Below, in pieces: positions 23,091-39,100 of a stretch of 64,000 nt of DNA (position 1 is the stretch's first letter; each line of letters starts with the position of its first letter). This DNA is from the human T2T-CHM13v2.0 reference genome, Homo sapiens. The notes beneath the pieces were generated by a model. It saw only the letters and a program-made list of their open reading frames with translations. It was not told the DNA's origin and made no database searches. Location: the NCBI RefSeq assembly GCF_009914755.1, contig NC_060944.1; one strand, given 5' to 3'. The translations under genes and the position numbers were made by a program.

Positions 23091-23509
23091 TATGAAAAGA
23101 AAATAAAACTAGGGACCCCAGTCCACTCTGCCAAAAGGAAAAACATTAAGCTGAAAGCTAAGTCATGCAAGAAGCTGCCTTTCCTTTTGTTCTTAAGGAG
23201 ATAGCTACAGATAAAACGTTAAATATCTCCATAGTAGCTACTCTATGCACACCGTATCTTATGTAAAGTGCTGATTTACTGAGTGTGAGATGAATGCATA
23301 ACTATTTTCCTACCTGCTCCTTTTCTCTTGTCACAGGTGGATTACCACACCTTTCCTCTTTCCCCTCCAGCCTACTTTTCCTTTTTAAACAATGAGGCTC
23401 TCAAACTCATCTTTGGGGAAAGCCACTGGCCTCTTTCTGTGGCATGTCCTCAACTGTGGCAAAATAAACATCTAAATTGGTACTTGACTCTGATACTTTT
23501 TGGTTTACA
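23091..23509 (+). mobile_element. MER4-group ERV1 solo LTR (MER4D-like)
   Basis: Sequence tgaaaagaaaataaaactagggacccc...attaagctgaaagct...aaaataaac...ttttggtttaca. Confidence 0.75.
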
Positions 23510-24209
23510 TGTAGTTGGAGAAGAAAAACAGTGAAATTTCTTCCTCTGACGGCAGTTGAAAGGTGATTTAAAACATTTTTGTTATTTCTTTCTATATACT
23601 TACATAAATAGTTTACCTTTCATGTCCCATCTGTGCTATCTTTACCTATTCCAAAGTCACAAAGATATTCCCCTACATTTACTCTTAGAAGTTTAAATAT
23701 GTTGTTTTTGATGGTAGTATAAATATGTATTTCATTTTTTAACTGTTTGCTGCTAGGTTACAGAAATACAAGTGCTTTTTAAAAATACTGACCTTATTTT
23801 CTGAAGTTCCTAAACTGTGTGTTACTAGTATCTAGTTGTTTAACTATTCTTCCATGTACATACTCACATCTTCTGTGAATAAAAAATTTTTTTTTCTGTT
23901 TCAACGTTTATGCCTTTTATTCCTTTTTAATACCTTAACAGGTTAGCTAGTTATTCTAGGATAATGCTAAATAAGAGTGATAAGAATCAACATTAATGCT
24001 TGTTCCTGATCTTAGTGTGAACACACTTCACCATTAAATATGATGATTGCAGCCAGGCTGTCACACATAACCTTTGTTTCATTAAGGGAAATTCTTTCTA
24101 TTCCTCATTTACTGAGAATTTTTACCCTGAATAGGTGTGAAATGTTATCAAGTATTTTTCTGCATTAAGATAGTAATGTAGGTTTTTCTCTTTTGCTCCC
24201 TGAAAGCAG

Positions 24210-24868
<659 letters not shown>

Positions 24869-25511
24869 CTCGGTTTTTTGGGAACAAACTCTATTTGGCT
24901 AGAATATATCATCCTTTTCATGTATTGCTGGATACTACTTGTCCATATTTTGGTGAGAATTCTTGACTATTTTCCTCTGGAATGATTACATGTAAGGGCA
25001 CATGAGAACTCTTGTTGAAATGTTCTGTATCTTGATTGAGGTGATAAGTGACCTGTGTATACTTTAAAGAGTCAAAACTCATTATACAGTTAAAAGCAGT
25101 GCTTCTTACGGTATGCAAGTTACACCTCAACACTGATTAAAAATCCTCTCAGAGATCAAGTATATATGGGTAAAATAACAAGACATCTGGATTTGTTTGA
25201 AATACTTTGGCACATAAACAGGGGGAAGGGATAAATCTAACAGAACTACCCATGGTTTTAAAATGATCAAATCTGGATGAAGGCAACATGGGGATTCCTA
25301 TTACCATCTCCCAATTTTGCTACCCATTTGAGATTTTTCATAACACTAGTTTACAGAAAAAGCATTAATCATATTGCTAATTCTATGCTTACCAAAAAAT
25401 TGGCTAAAATAATCTTATAGGAGCTAACTTCATTTGAAAATACTCAAAAGTCCCCAGCATTCAAGAAACTGCCCAATCAAGAAAAAGCCACATTAAAAAC
25501 AGAAGGCAGCT

Positions 25512-25810
25512 GGCTGGGCACAGTGGCTTATTCCTGTAATCCCAGCACTTTGGGAGGCTGATGCATGTGGATCGCTTGATCCCAGGAGTTCGGGACCAGT
25601 TTGGGCAACATGGCAAAGGCTCATCTCTACAAAAAATATAAACATTAGCTGGATGTGGTGGCACGTGCCTGTAGTCCTAGCTACTCCTGGCTTGAGCCCA
25701 AGAGGTTGAGGCAGCAATGAGCCTTGAATATGCCACTCCACTCCAGCTTGGGCAACAGAGCAAGACATAGTCTCAAGAAAACAAAACAACAACAACAACA
25801 AAAACAAAAC
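25512..25810 (+). mobile_element. AluJ-like
   Basis: Diverged Alu body with a (CAA)n tail. Confidence 0.88.
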
Positions 25811-28597
25811 AGGAGACAGTCATATTTGCAGCCCAATACACCTTATTCCCAATGTTCTATCCTGTCCAAGTGTTGTCTAATGGAAAAATCTCATGGTGAA
25901 CTTGCCTATAGATCCCTGGGGCAAAAAATTACAGGTGCAGAATACAACAGAGCTTCTAAAGCAGCATCTCAGTTTCCACTTCCTTCCCTCAAACCTGAGA
26001 AAGCACAGTAGACCTTTCTTACAAGGTTCTAAGCTGTTGGAGGCTGCCTGAGGGACTGCTCTGTTTTGAGGATCTCACACCTTAGGGAAGAAAAGCACTG
26101 GATCATGCTTGGCAAAGATGCAGACAGATTGAAGAGCAGATGCCTGGGGCAAGATATTATGGGTGGAGACATACAACAGACCATCAAAGGCCCAGAGGAG
26201 AGACTCTTGGGACAAATAAATATTTAAAAGCAGTTGCCTATGAGAAAATGGAAAAAGCCACAAGCAAAGGTAAGATCCATGCTCCAAAAAGGCCTGAGAA
26301 AATCTTAAACCTTCTCCTCAGATTGATCCCAAAGCTTAGAACGAATACCAAGATAATAGCAAAAATCCTCCCTGGAAAAGAGTCAGTCTGCAAAAACCGG
26401 AAAAGGAGGTTGTTTTTTCCACAATGCCTAATTTCTAACAACAACAACAAAAACTCAGAAAACATGGCCCAATAAGTGGAAGAAAATAAAGTGACGGAAA
26501 CCTTCCCCGGAGAAACATAAGCTTCAGGCAAACTAGACAGATTTTAGACTGTCTAAAATATTCTCAAAAACTCATGAAACACGGGTAGAGAAAAGGAAAT
26601 CAGGAAAATATATATGAACAAAATACCAACAGAGATTACAAAAAGGAAGCAAACAAAAATTCTGGACCCGAAAACACAGTAATTGAAAAATTCAGTAGAG
26701 GGATTTAACGGCAGATGAGCAGGCAGAAGAAATAATCAGTAAACATAAAGAGAAGAATTTGAAATTTCAGAGACAGAGAAGCAGAAGAGAAAAGAATGAA
26801 ATAAACAGAGCCAAAAGAGTTATAAGGTGCCATTAACTGGACATATATATGGGTGTCTAGAAGATGCTGATAGATTACTGAAGAAATAATGGCCAAAACT
26901 TCAAAATTTGAAGACAGACATGAATCTACAAGGCCAGCACACTCAACAAACTCCAAGAATAAATTCAAGGAGGTCCACACCCAAACACACTTCTCAACTA
27001 TACTTACATGAAACCAGCTTCAGGAACACAGGACTGGCAGGGGGAGAGAAGTTAAGAATAGTGGCATCGTGCCTCTCTCAGGGAAAAGCTGTCACCATAG
27101 ACTGAGAACTGGAGAGGGACAGGGTTCCATCTTGTGATTTTCACAGCCCACAGTGGAGTTTCTCTCAGAGTGGACCAAAATGGGGGTGGGGAGGGTAGCA
27201 GTTTGTGTGTCAAATGTTACAGACTCTCACTGTTCTCAGAAAGGCTCAGTTGATTTTTCTGAATAAATGTTTCTCTAAATTCCTGAGTGGTCTTAAGACA
27301 AATTCCGTGTAGTTTAAATGGTTGTTTTTGGTTTTCTAAATTACCAGTTATGGTGTTTTACTGGAGATACAGTCCACGTCGCTCCTCACTGCCATTCCAG
27401 AATCCACATTTCTGATTATAGTTGGGACCAGAACTAGGGCCAGGCAATTAGGTAAGTGGTGTGATCATTATTTGTCCTTATGGGTAGAAGTAGAATTAGG
27501 AGATGAGCCTGGCAGGCAGAAGGAAGGAAGGGAAGGAAAAAGCTATGGCAAGGAAAGAATGAACAAGCCTCAGCACCTAAGCAAGCAAATGGGAAGTTTG
27601 CCAAGGTAGGGAAACTTCCTTTACCTAGATCACAACGAGAGAAGTAAAACAGACAAGGGGCACTACTGAGCTGGTTTCTAGATATTTCTTCTCTCATGCT
27701 TCCCATCTTAATGAACCTGAGTGTGAAATCTGAATTGTAAGGAGAAATTTTTGAGACCTGGAAAATTTCTGCATAAACTGGGTAATGAGTGAAATTAATA
27801 CATTGCTAATTTTGTTGAGTATGATTCTGGTACTCTAGTTACGTTAAAAGGCAAGACAGTAACAACAAAAATAGTCCTCAGAGAAGTAGCTGCAGTAAAT
27901 TTACAGATAAAATGGTGTCTTGGATTGGCTTCAAGATGCTCTAGCCTGAAAACAGAAAGCATGGGGTGGGGAGGGGGTTGGATGAAATAAGAAGAGCAAA
28001 GTGTTAAGGTGCAACAAGGGAACAGAGAGATCTGTTATATATTCTCTCTACTTTAGTTCCTACTTCAATATTTTTCATAGTAAATTTGAAAAAAATTGAA
28101 TATCCCTTCCAAGATAATTTGGAGAGGAAAAATAGAGAAAACTTTCATTTCCAGGGTGTGAATGGAGAACACTGCAAACTGTTTGGTCTCACTCCTGCCA
28201 TCTGTTGCCATCTGTGGGAGTTAATATCCTGTAGGAACAGAAACTGAGAGCCGTAAGAAAGTGGTTTAAATTAGTTACCAATAAATTAGATATGAATATG
28301 AGGCAAACTTGAAACATTTAGCTCCTCCACGTATATTTCATTAAAATTCTCCTAAGATAAAAAAACAGCTCCTACATTTTTGGGAGATGAAAAATGTTCA
28401 TATGTTGATTTGATGATCAAGACTTCACTATATACATTTCTCAAAACTCATCAACTAGAACTTAAAATGGGAGATAATTTTATTGTCTCAATTATACCTC
28501 AATGAAGCTAATTCTTAACAGAAACCCCCAAAATCCCAGCTTGCTCCACAACCCAGTCCACTTGATCCCAGATATGTTACATAAAGTAAAAATTATT

Positions 28598-28885
<288 letters not shown>

Positions 28886-29659
28886 TAAAAATTATTTCAA
28901 CTGATTAACACGCCACTTCTTAGTCTGTGAAATGGGGATTCCAATTCCTAACTTCCACATTGGTTGAAGAGATGAATAGGGCAATGACTATAAAGCCCTG
29001 TCCCTGGGACAGGACAATGGCTCAGCACATGCTGACTGAATAATTTTTTACAAGACCTGGTCTGCACCACGAATGCAGCAGCCTGAATAAAGCACTGAGA
29101 GAAGAAATGTAGGGACAATGATGGAAGTGTCCTGAATGAGGGCATCAGATCTGGGGAACGTTCCCCATGAGAACCGGCTGAGAGGTTCTGAGCCTCAGAT
29201 GGGACAGTGTAGGGCACAAGATGTCAGACATTAGCAAAGGAAACCCACCATGGTTTAGGGCAGAGAAGGCACTGCAGGAAGGCAATACATAAGAAGTCCC
29301 CACCTGGGGTTGGGCTGTCCTCCCTTACCCTGCAGACAGTCCTCTCACGGGTAACGTGGGAGTGGAGGAAGAGGAGCTGGGGACTAAAATGGCTCTAAAA
29401 TGAGCTCTGCGATCCTCAAAGGTGGCCTTGGAAATTCCCAGTCCCAGGGTAGAGCCTCTTCTTGTTAAAAAAAAAGGACCCAAAGTCTTCCAGAGAAGAA
29501 AACTTTACGCAGGTTCCTGGGAACAGATCCTGAGTGTGGGCATCGCAACAGACCCTGTCCTGACATGATGCTAACACTAAACACAGCATATCCTGTCGGT
29601 GCTTCCAGAATAAGGAAGTGTTGATATTCATTATAATATTTAACACTTTTTTAGAATTT

Positions 29660-29870
29660 AATATATGCCAGGGACGGTTCCAGGCGTGGCACAAATTTTT
29701 CTGCATTCAATCTTCACAACTGTCCTATGAAGTGACTATTACCCACCAATTTCAGATGAGGAAACAGGCACAAAACATTTAAATGCCTTTCTCAAAGCAA
29801 CACAGCCAAGAAAGTGATAGAGCTTGGGTTTCAACTCTCACTGTAAAGGACTATGTCTTAACCAGTAGGC
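29660..29870 (-). mobile_element. MIR relic (another fragment near 28900-29040)
   Basis: MIR core-like tttcagatgaggaaacaggcaca...ttctcaaagcaacacagc. Confidence 0.6.
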
Positions 29871-30049
29871 ATGGCTATGACATTCCTCAATGAATCTGCA
29901 CAGATTAGGAGGGGATCTGGGTCAAGCTAGATTAGCTTGCAAGGTCATGAGGTATATCTTGACTGATGGGTCTCTCTACTTGGGGGTTCTGCTGACAATT
30001 TTTCCATAATGAAATGATTAAAATCAGTTATTTGGATGGTCAGTCCACA

Positions 30050-31524
<1,475 letters not shown>

Positions 31525-32267
31525 AGGCCCCAGGGAAGAGGCCACCTGGGTCCCCACAGCCACCTCACCTCCCGCGGACGCTGCCCCACGCAGATCCCCC
31601 CCCCCCCCCCACCAAAACACGTCTAGACGTGCCCGTGCGAGGACATTTGGTCCCGGCCTACACTCCTATCCGCGGAAGATCGTCCCAAGGCGGGGTGCTC
31701 CCAACCCAAAGCAGCGGCCCTTCCCCAAAACACGCGGGCGAAGTCCTCCCCTGTCCCGCCTCCCACAATAAAGTCTGGAGCATCAGAGTCGGAGGGAACC
31801 CGAGTCGGACCTAGCCCATCCGTCTCATGGCTGTAACCCCCACCCCACCAGTGGACCCTGGCTGTGGCCGAGTCCCCCTCCACCTCCGGCCAAAAGACCC
31901 CCGTGGCAGCTCGCTAGGCCGCTGGCCCGTCCCCACCCGAGGAGCGGCGACCCTGGCACAAGAGGACCTGGGTTGCTCGGCGCCCCTGTGAAATCCGGGC
32001 TGTTCACCGCCCGAGCCGCCACTACACGCAACCGGGAACGGAGACTGAGTGGCGGCCCAGACCCGGGGCGCTCGGCAAGCCGCAGCCCCACCGCCCACTT
32101 CAAGGCGCGGCCTGGGTCTCCGCCCCTCCCCAGAACGCGGAGACGCCGGGCCTGGAGGAGCGCGCGCTACGGCCCCAGCAGCGCCCTCACGTCCCAGGCC
32201 TTCCCGGCCCTTCTTCCTGCGCCGGAAGGGCGCGCTGCAGAGAGGGACCCGCAGGAGCGCAGCTCAC

Positions 32268-32350
32268 CGGGGCGGCTGAGGGCGAACCGAGGCGGTGAGG
32301 TCACCGATGGTGGACCACGCATCTCACGGCTCGCTGACGCCCAGGGATCT
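32268..32350 (-). other. ZNF337: Probable non-coding exon 1 of ZNF337 (upper boundary/TSS uncertain)
   Basis: Strong donor CCG|gtgagc (GT at 32266-32267) inside the CpG island, just downstream of the ACTACA-motif array. Confidence 0.6.
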
Positions 32351-32368
32351 GGAACGCTCTGCGCCGCC

Positions 32369-32572
32369 CGGGACTACACTACCCAGAATCCTCAGCGCGG
32401 CCGGGACTACGCTACCCAGCATCCTCGGCGCGGCCCGGAGGCTATGCGACCCTGCGCGTCGCATCCCCTCGGTGGACTACACTCCCCAGAGTCCTCGGGA
32501 GTCGTCCAGGTACACGCCCCAGAATATTGGTCATAGCGGTCCACCCGGGACTGCGCGACCCGGAATCCTTGG
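32369..32572 (+). promoter_or_regulatory. Degenerate ~33-bp tandem array of ACTACAnnnCCCAGnATnC motifs (ZNF143/THAP11-type)
   Basis: ggactacactacccagaatcctc (32371), ggactacgctacccagcatcctc (32404) and ggactacactccccagagtcctc (32474), with weaker copies at ~32437, 32508 and 32547. Confidence 0.75.
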
Positions 32573-33194
32573 AAGGACTTCTCGGAAGGACTCCTCTCTG
32601 ACAGGTGGGGCGAGCCTATGGTCGTTTGGACGTGGAGGGATCCTTTCAGAACCGGCGATTTCTTTTATTTAGGTAGCCCTATACATACATTAAGCATATT
32701 TTCCCATTTCTATGATATAGGTAAATAATTTTCCCACTGTCTTTTGATTATGGGTATGTCTTTTTTTTTTCTTTTGTTTCTTTTTTTTGCTATGTAGTAC
32801 TTTTGATCTCTGATTTTCCTACGGATTTTGTGGTTTTATCATTCACATTTAGATCTCTCAATGGTTTAATTTTTCTCCAGGTACACACTGTAAATATACA
32901 ATTATTTTTAAAATTTTCTAATATTTTATTAATTTCCCATTAAATTTATTAAAAATATAGTCTTTTACCAAATAATTTAAGGTTTCAGCTACATAATTCA
33001 GTATACTCAATTTACATTTGCATTTCAATTTCTAATTGTTCCCCCATTTATCTAATTATGCATCAATGCCAGAATTCTTTCATTATGTAGGGTGTATAAT
33101 ATGCTGATATCTTTTGTGGCTTGCCAAACCACGTAGACTTTATATTTCAGGCCTTTACTAGGTATACTTGCTGTTTGCTTTTTCTCTTTTGGTT

Positions 33195-36100
33195 TTTAAA
33201 TTTTTAATTATTCTGGATAAATATTAGTTGTACATATTTATAGGGTACATGTTATGTTTTGATACAGGCATACAGTGTTTAATGGTCAAATGAGGGTGAT
33301 TGGGGTATCCATCCCCTCAAGCATTTAGCATTTCTTTGTTTTAGGAAGTTTCCAATTCTCTCTTATTTTTAAATATATAGTAAAATTGTTCTTAACTATA
33401 GTCACTGTATAGTGCTACCAACTACTAGATCTTATTCATTCTAACTGTATTTTTGTATCGATTAACAAGTCCCTCTTTATCTCCTCTACCCACCATCCTT
33501 CCCAGCCTCTGTTAACTATCTCATTCTACTCTCCATCTCCATGAGTTCACGTTTTTAGCCCCACAAATGAGTGAGCACATGTGATATTTGTCATGCTGTG
33601 CCTCATTTCGCTTAACATAATGTCCTCCATTTTCATACATGCTATTGAAAATGACAGAATTTCATTCTTTTAATGACTGGCTAATATCCCATTGTGTTAA
33701 TGTACCACACTTTCCTTATCCATTCATCTGTTGATAGACACTTTGATTCTATATCTTTACTATTTTGGATAGTGCTGTAGTAAACATGAGAGTGCAGATA
33801 TATCCTTGAAATACTGATTTCCTTTCTTTTGGATATATACTCAGCAGTGGGATTGCGGGATCATGTATATATTTATTAATTCTTTTGAGGAACCTCCATA
33901 CTGCTCTCCATAGTGGTTGTACTAATTTACATTCCTAACAACAGTGTATGAGGGTGTATCCACACCCTCACCAGTATTCACTATTGCCTGTCTCTTGAAT
34001 AAAAGCTATCTTGACTGGGGTGACATTATATCTCATTGCGGTTTTGATTTACATTTCTCTGATGATTAGTGGCATTGAGCATTTTTTTTCATACACTTGT
34101 TGGCCGTTCATATATCTTATTTTGAGAGATGCCTATTCAGATCTTTTCTCCATTTAAAATATCAGATTGTCTTTTTCCTATTGAGTTGTTTTAGCTCCTT
34201 ATATATATTCTGGCAATTACTTTCTTTTCAGATGGATAGTTTGCAAATTTTTTCTCCCATTCTGTGGATTGTCACTTCACTTTGTTGATTGTTTCCTTTG
34301 CTTGCAGAAGATTTTTATGTGATGTGGTCTCATTTGTCCACTTTTGCTTTAGGTGCTTGTGCTTTTGCAGTCTTACTCAAGAAATCTTTGTCCACACCAA
34401 TGTCCTGGAGTGTTTCCCCAATGTTTTTTTCTAGTAGTTTTATAGTTTCAGGTCTTAGATTTACCTTTAATCCATTTTGATTTGATTTTTATATGTGGTG
34501 AGGGGATTGCTTTAGATTTCATTCTTCTGCAAATGGATATCCAGTTTTTGCAGTGCCATTTATTGAAATGACTGTCTTTCCCCAATGTAAGTTCTTTGCA
34601 CCTTTGTGGGATATAAGTTGAACTATAAATGTGTGGATTTATTTCTGGGCTCTCCACTCTGTTCCATTGGTCTGTGTGCCTGTTTTTATGCCAGCATTTT
34701 GCTGTGTGGATTACTATAGTTTGCATAATTTGAAGTCAGGTAATGTGATTCCTCCAGCTTTATTACTTTTGTTCAGGATGGCTTTGGCTATTTTGGATCT
34801 TTCATGGTCCCATATAAATTTTAGGATTAATTTATCTATTTCTGTGAAGAATGTCATTGATATTTTGATTGGGATTGCATTGAATCTGTAGACAAGGTGG
34901 AATGGACATTTTAATAAGATTAATTCTTCTAGTCCAAAAACACGGACTATCTTTCCATTTTTTGTATCCTTTTCAATTTCTCTCATCAATGTTTTATAGT
35001 TTTTGTTGTAGAGATCGTTCACATCTTTGGTTGATTTTATTCCTAGCTATTTTATTTTATTTGTAACTTTTATAAACAGGTTACTTTCTTGATTTCTTTT
35101 TCAGATTGTTTGTTGTTGGCATATAGAAATGCCACCCATTTTTGTATGTTGATTTTGTATCCTGAAACTTTACTGAATTTCTTAATCAATTCTAATGTTT
35201 TTTGGCTGAAGTCTTTAGGTTTAACTAAATATAGGATCATATCATCTGCAAACAAGGATAACTTCACTTCTTCCTTTCTAATTTGAATACCTTTTATTTC
35301 TTTGTCTTCAGTAATTGCTCTAGCTAAGATTTCCTAGTACTACGTTGAATAAAAGTGTGGAATGTGGGAATCTTTGTCTTCTTCCAGATCTTACAGGAAA
35401 GGCTTTCAATTTTTCAGTATGATACTAGCTGTGGGTTTGTCACATATGGTTTTTATAATATTGAGGTATATTCCTTTTACACCGAGTTTTTTTTTTTTTT
35501 GAGTGTTTATTATGAAGGGATGTTGAATTTTACAAATGCTTTTTTGGTATCCATTGAGATGATCATATGGTTTTTGTCTTTTGTTTTTTTGATATGATAT
35601 ATCACATTTATTGAATTACATATATTGAGCCATCCTTGCATTCCTGGGATGAATTCCACTTGGTCATGATGAGTAATCACTTTAATGTGTTGTTGAATTT
35701 GGTTTGCAAGCATTTTGTTAAGGATTTTTGTGTCTCTGTTTATTGGAGATATTGCCTTATAGTTTTCTTTTTTTGTACATCTTTGTATGGTTTTGGTGTT
35801 AGGATAATACTGACCTTATAGGATGAGTTTGGAAGTGATCCTTCTTTCTTTCTTTTTTTTAAATAGTTTGCATAGATTGATACTAGTTCTTTATAAAATG
35901 TTTGGTAGAATTCAGCAATGAAACCGTCAGGTCCTGGGCTTTTCTTTGATGGGATACTTTTTAATACTGCTTCTATCTCATTTGTTATTAGTCTACTCAT
36001 GTTTTGGATATTTTCATGGTTCAATCTTAGGTTTTATGTATCTAGGAATGTATCAGTTTCTCCTAGATTTTCCAAATTAATAGCATATAGTAGCTCATAA

Positions 36101-39100
36101 TCATTTCTAATGATCCTTTAAATTTCTATGGTATCAATTGTAATGTCTCCTTTTTCATTTCTGATTTTATTTGTTTTGGTCTTCTGTTTTTTCTTAGTCT
36201 GGCTAAAGGTTTGTGAATTTTACCTTTTTTAAAATTATACTTTAAGTTCTGGGGTACATGTGCAGAACGTTCAGGTTTGTTACATAAGTATACACATGCC
36301 ATGCTGGTTTGCTGCAGCCATAAACCCAGCATCTACATTAGGTATTTCTCCTAATGCTATCTCTCCCCCAGACCCCCACGGTCCGACAGGCCCCAGTGTG
36401 TGATGTTCCTCTCCCTGTGTCCATGTGTTCTCATTGCTCAACTCCCACTTATGAGTGAGAACATGTGGTGTTTGGTTTTCTGTCCTTGTGTTAGTTTGCT
36501 GAGAATGATGGTTTCCAGCTTCATCCATGTCCCTGCAAAGGACATGAGCTCATCCTTTTTTATTGCTGCATAGTATTCCATGGTATATATATGCCACATT
36601 TTCTTTATCCAGTCTAACATTGATGGGCATTTGGTTTGGTTCCAAGTCTTTGCTATTGTGAACATTGCTGCAGTAAACATACAAGTGCATGTGTCTTTAT
36701 AGTAGAATGATTTATAATCCTTTGGGTATATACCCAGTAATGGGATTGCTGGATCAAATGGTATTTCTAGTTCTAGATCCTTGAGGAATTGCCACAATGT
36801 CTTCCACAATGGTTGAACTAATTTACACTCCCACCATCAGTGTAAAAGTGTTCCTATTTCTCCACGTCCTCTCCAGTATCTGTTGTTTCCTGACTTTTTA
36901 ATGATCACCATTCTAAATGGCATGAGATGGTATCTCATTGTGGTTTTGATTTTCATTTCTCTAATAACCAGTGATGATGAGCATTTTTTCATGTGTCTGT
37001 TGGCTGCATAAATGTCTTCTTTTGAGAAGTTTCTGTTCATATCCTTCACCCAATTTTTTTTATTTTTATTTTTTGTAAATTTGTTTACCTTCTTTGTAGA
37101 TTCTGCATATTAGCCCTTTGTCATATGGATAGATTGCAAAAATTTTCTCCCATTCTGTAGGTTGCCTGTTCACTCTAATGATAGTTTATTTTGCTGTGCA
37201 GAAGCTCTTTAGTTTAATTAGATCCTATTTGTCAATTTTGGCTTTTGTTGCCATTGCTTTTGGTGTTTTAGTCATGAAGTCTTTGCCCATGCCTATGTCC
37301 CGAATGGTATTACCTAGGTTTCCTTCTAGGGTTTTTATGGTTTTATGTCTTACGTTTAAGTCTTTAATTCAACCTGAGTTAATTTTTGTATAAGGTGTAA
37401 GGAAGGGATTCAGTTTTAGCTTTCTGCATATGGATAGCCAGTTTTCCCAACACCATTTATTAAATATGGAATTCTTTCTACATTGCTTGTTTTTGTCAGG
37501 ATTATCAAAGATCAGATGGTTGTAGATGTGTGGTGTTATTTCTGAGGCCTCTGTTCTGTTCCATTGGTCTATCTCTCTGTTTTGGTATCAGTACCATGCT
37601 GTTTTTGTTACCGCAGCATTGTAGTATACTTTGAAGTCAGATAGGGTGATGCCTTTGTCCTTTTTTCTTAGGATTGTCTTGGCTATACGGGCTCTTTTTT
37701 GGTTCCATATGAAATTTAAAGTAGTTTTTTTCCAATTCTGTGAAGAAATCAGTGGTAGCTTGATGTGGATAGCATTGAATCTATAAATTACTTTGGGCAG
37801 TGTGGCCATTTTCATGATACTGATCCTTCCTATCCATAAGCATGGAATGTTTTTCTGTTTGCTTTTGTCCTCTCTTATTTCCTTGAGCAGTGGTTTGTAG
37901 TTCTCCTTTAAGAGGTCCTTTACATCCCTTGTAAGTTGTATTCCTAGGTATTTAATTCTCTTTGTAGCAACTGAGAATGGTAGTTCACTCATGATTTGGC
38001 TATCTGTTACTGGCGTAAAGGAATGCTTGTGATTTTTGCACACTGATTTTGTATCTTGAGACTTTGCTGAAGTTGCTTATCAGCTTAAGGAGATTTTGGG
38101 CTGAGATGATGGGGTTTTCTAAATATGCAATCATGTCATCTGCAAACAGAGACAATTTTACTTCCTTTTTTCCTAACTGAATACCCTTTATTTCTTTCTC
38201 CTGCCTGATTGCCCTGGCCAGAAATTCAAATACTGTGTTTAATAGGAGTGGTAAGAGAGGGCATCCTTGTCTTGTGCCAGTTTTCAAAGGGAAGGCTTCC
38301 AGCTTTTGCCCATTCAGTATGATATTGGCTGTGGGTTTGTGATAAATAGTTCTTATTATTTTGAGATACATTCAGTCAATACCTAGTTTACTGAGAGTTT
38401 TTAGCATGAAGGACTGTTGAATTTTGTTGAAAGTCTTTTCTGCATCTATTGAGATAATCGTGTGGTTTTTGTCATTGGTTCTGTTTATGTGATGGATTAC
38501 GTTTATTGATTTGCATATGTTGAACCAGCCTTGTATGCCAGGGATGAAGCTGACTTGATCGTGGTGGATAAGTTTTTTAATGTCCTGCTGGATTTGGTTT
38601 GCCCGTATTTTATTGGGGATTTTCACACTGATGTTAATCAGGGATATTGGCCTGAAATTTTCTTTTTTTGTTGTGCCTCTGCCAGGTTTTGGTGTGAGGA
38701 TGATGCTGGCCTCATAAAATGAGTTAGGGAGGATTCCCTCTTTTTCTATTGTTTGCAATAGTTTCAGAAGGAATGGTACCAGGTCCTCTTTGTACCTCTC
38801 ATAGAATTTGGGTGTGAATCCATCTGGTCCTGGACTTTTTTAGGTTTGTAGGCTATTAGTTACTGCCTCAATTTCAGAAGTTGTTATTGGTTTATTCAGG
38901 GATTTGACTTCTTCCTGGTTTAGTCTTGGGAGAGTGTATATGTCCAGGAATTTATCCATTTTTTCTAGATTTTCTAGTTTATTTGCATAGAGGTGTTTAT
39001 AGTATTCTCTGATGATAGTTTGTATTTCTGTGGGATCAGTAGTGATATCCTCTTTATCATTTTTTATTGCATCTATTTGATTCTTCTCTCTTTTCTTCTT

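Larger units (their letters stand above)
31540..32640. promoter_or_regulatory. CpG island promoter of ZNF337
   Basis: Abrupt GC- and CpG-rich kilobase in AT-rich surroundings, containing GC boxes, at the 5' end of the minus-strand gene. Confidence 0.92.

Noticed and set aside
32369-32572. Regularly spaced repeats superficially like a CRISPR array
   Set aside because: Eukaryotic promoter context, degenerate units with no unique spacers of proper length, and no cas genes.
31623-32672. Several 60-187 aa ORFs in the CpG island
   Set aside because: GC-rich DNA is depleted of stop codons. The translations are low-complexity Arg/Pro/Gly with no recognisable domain.
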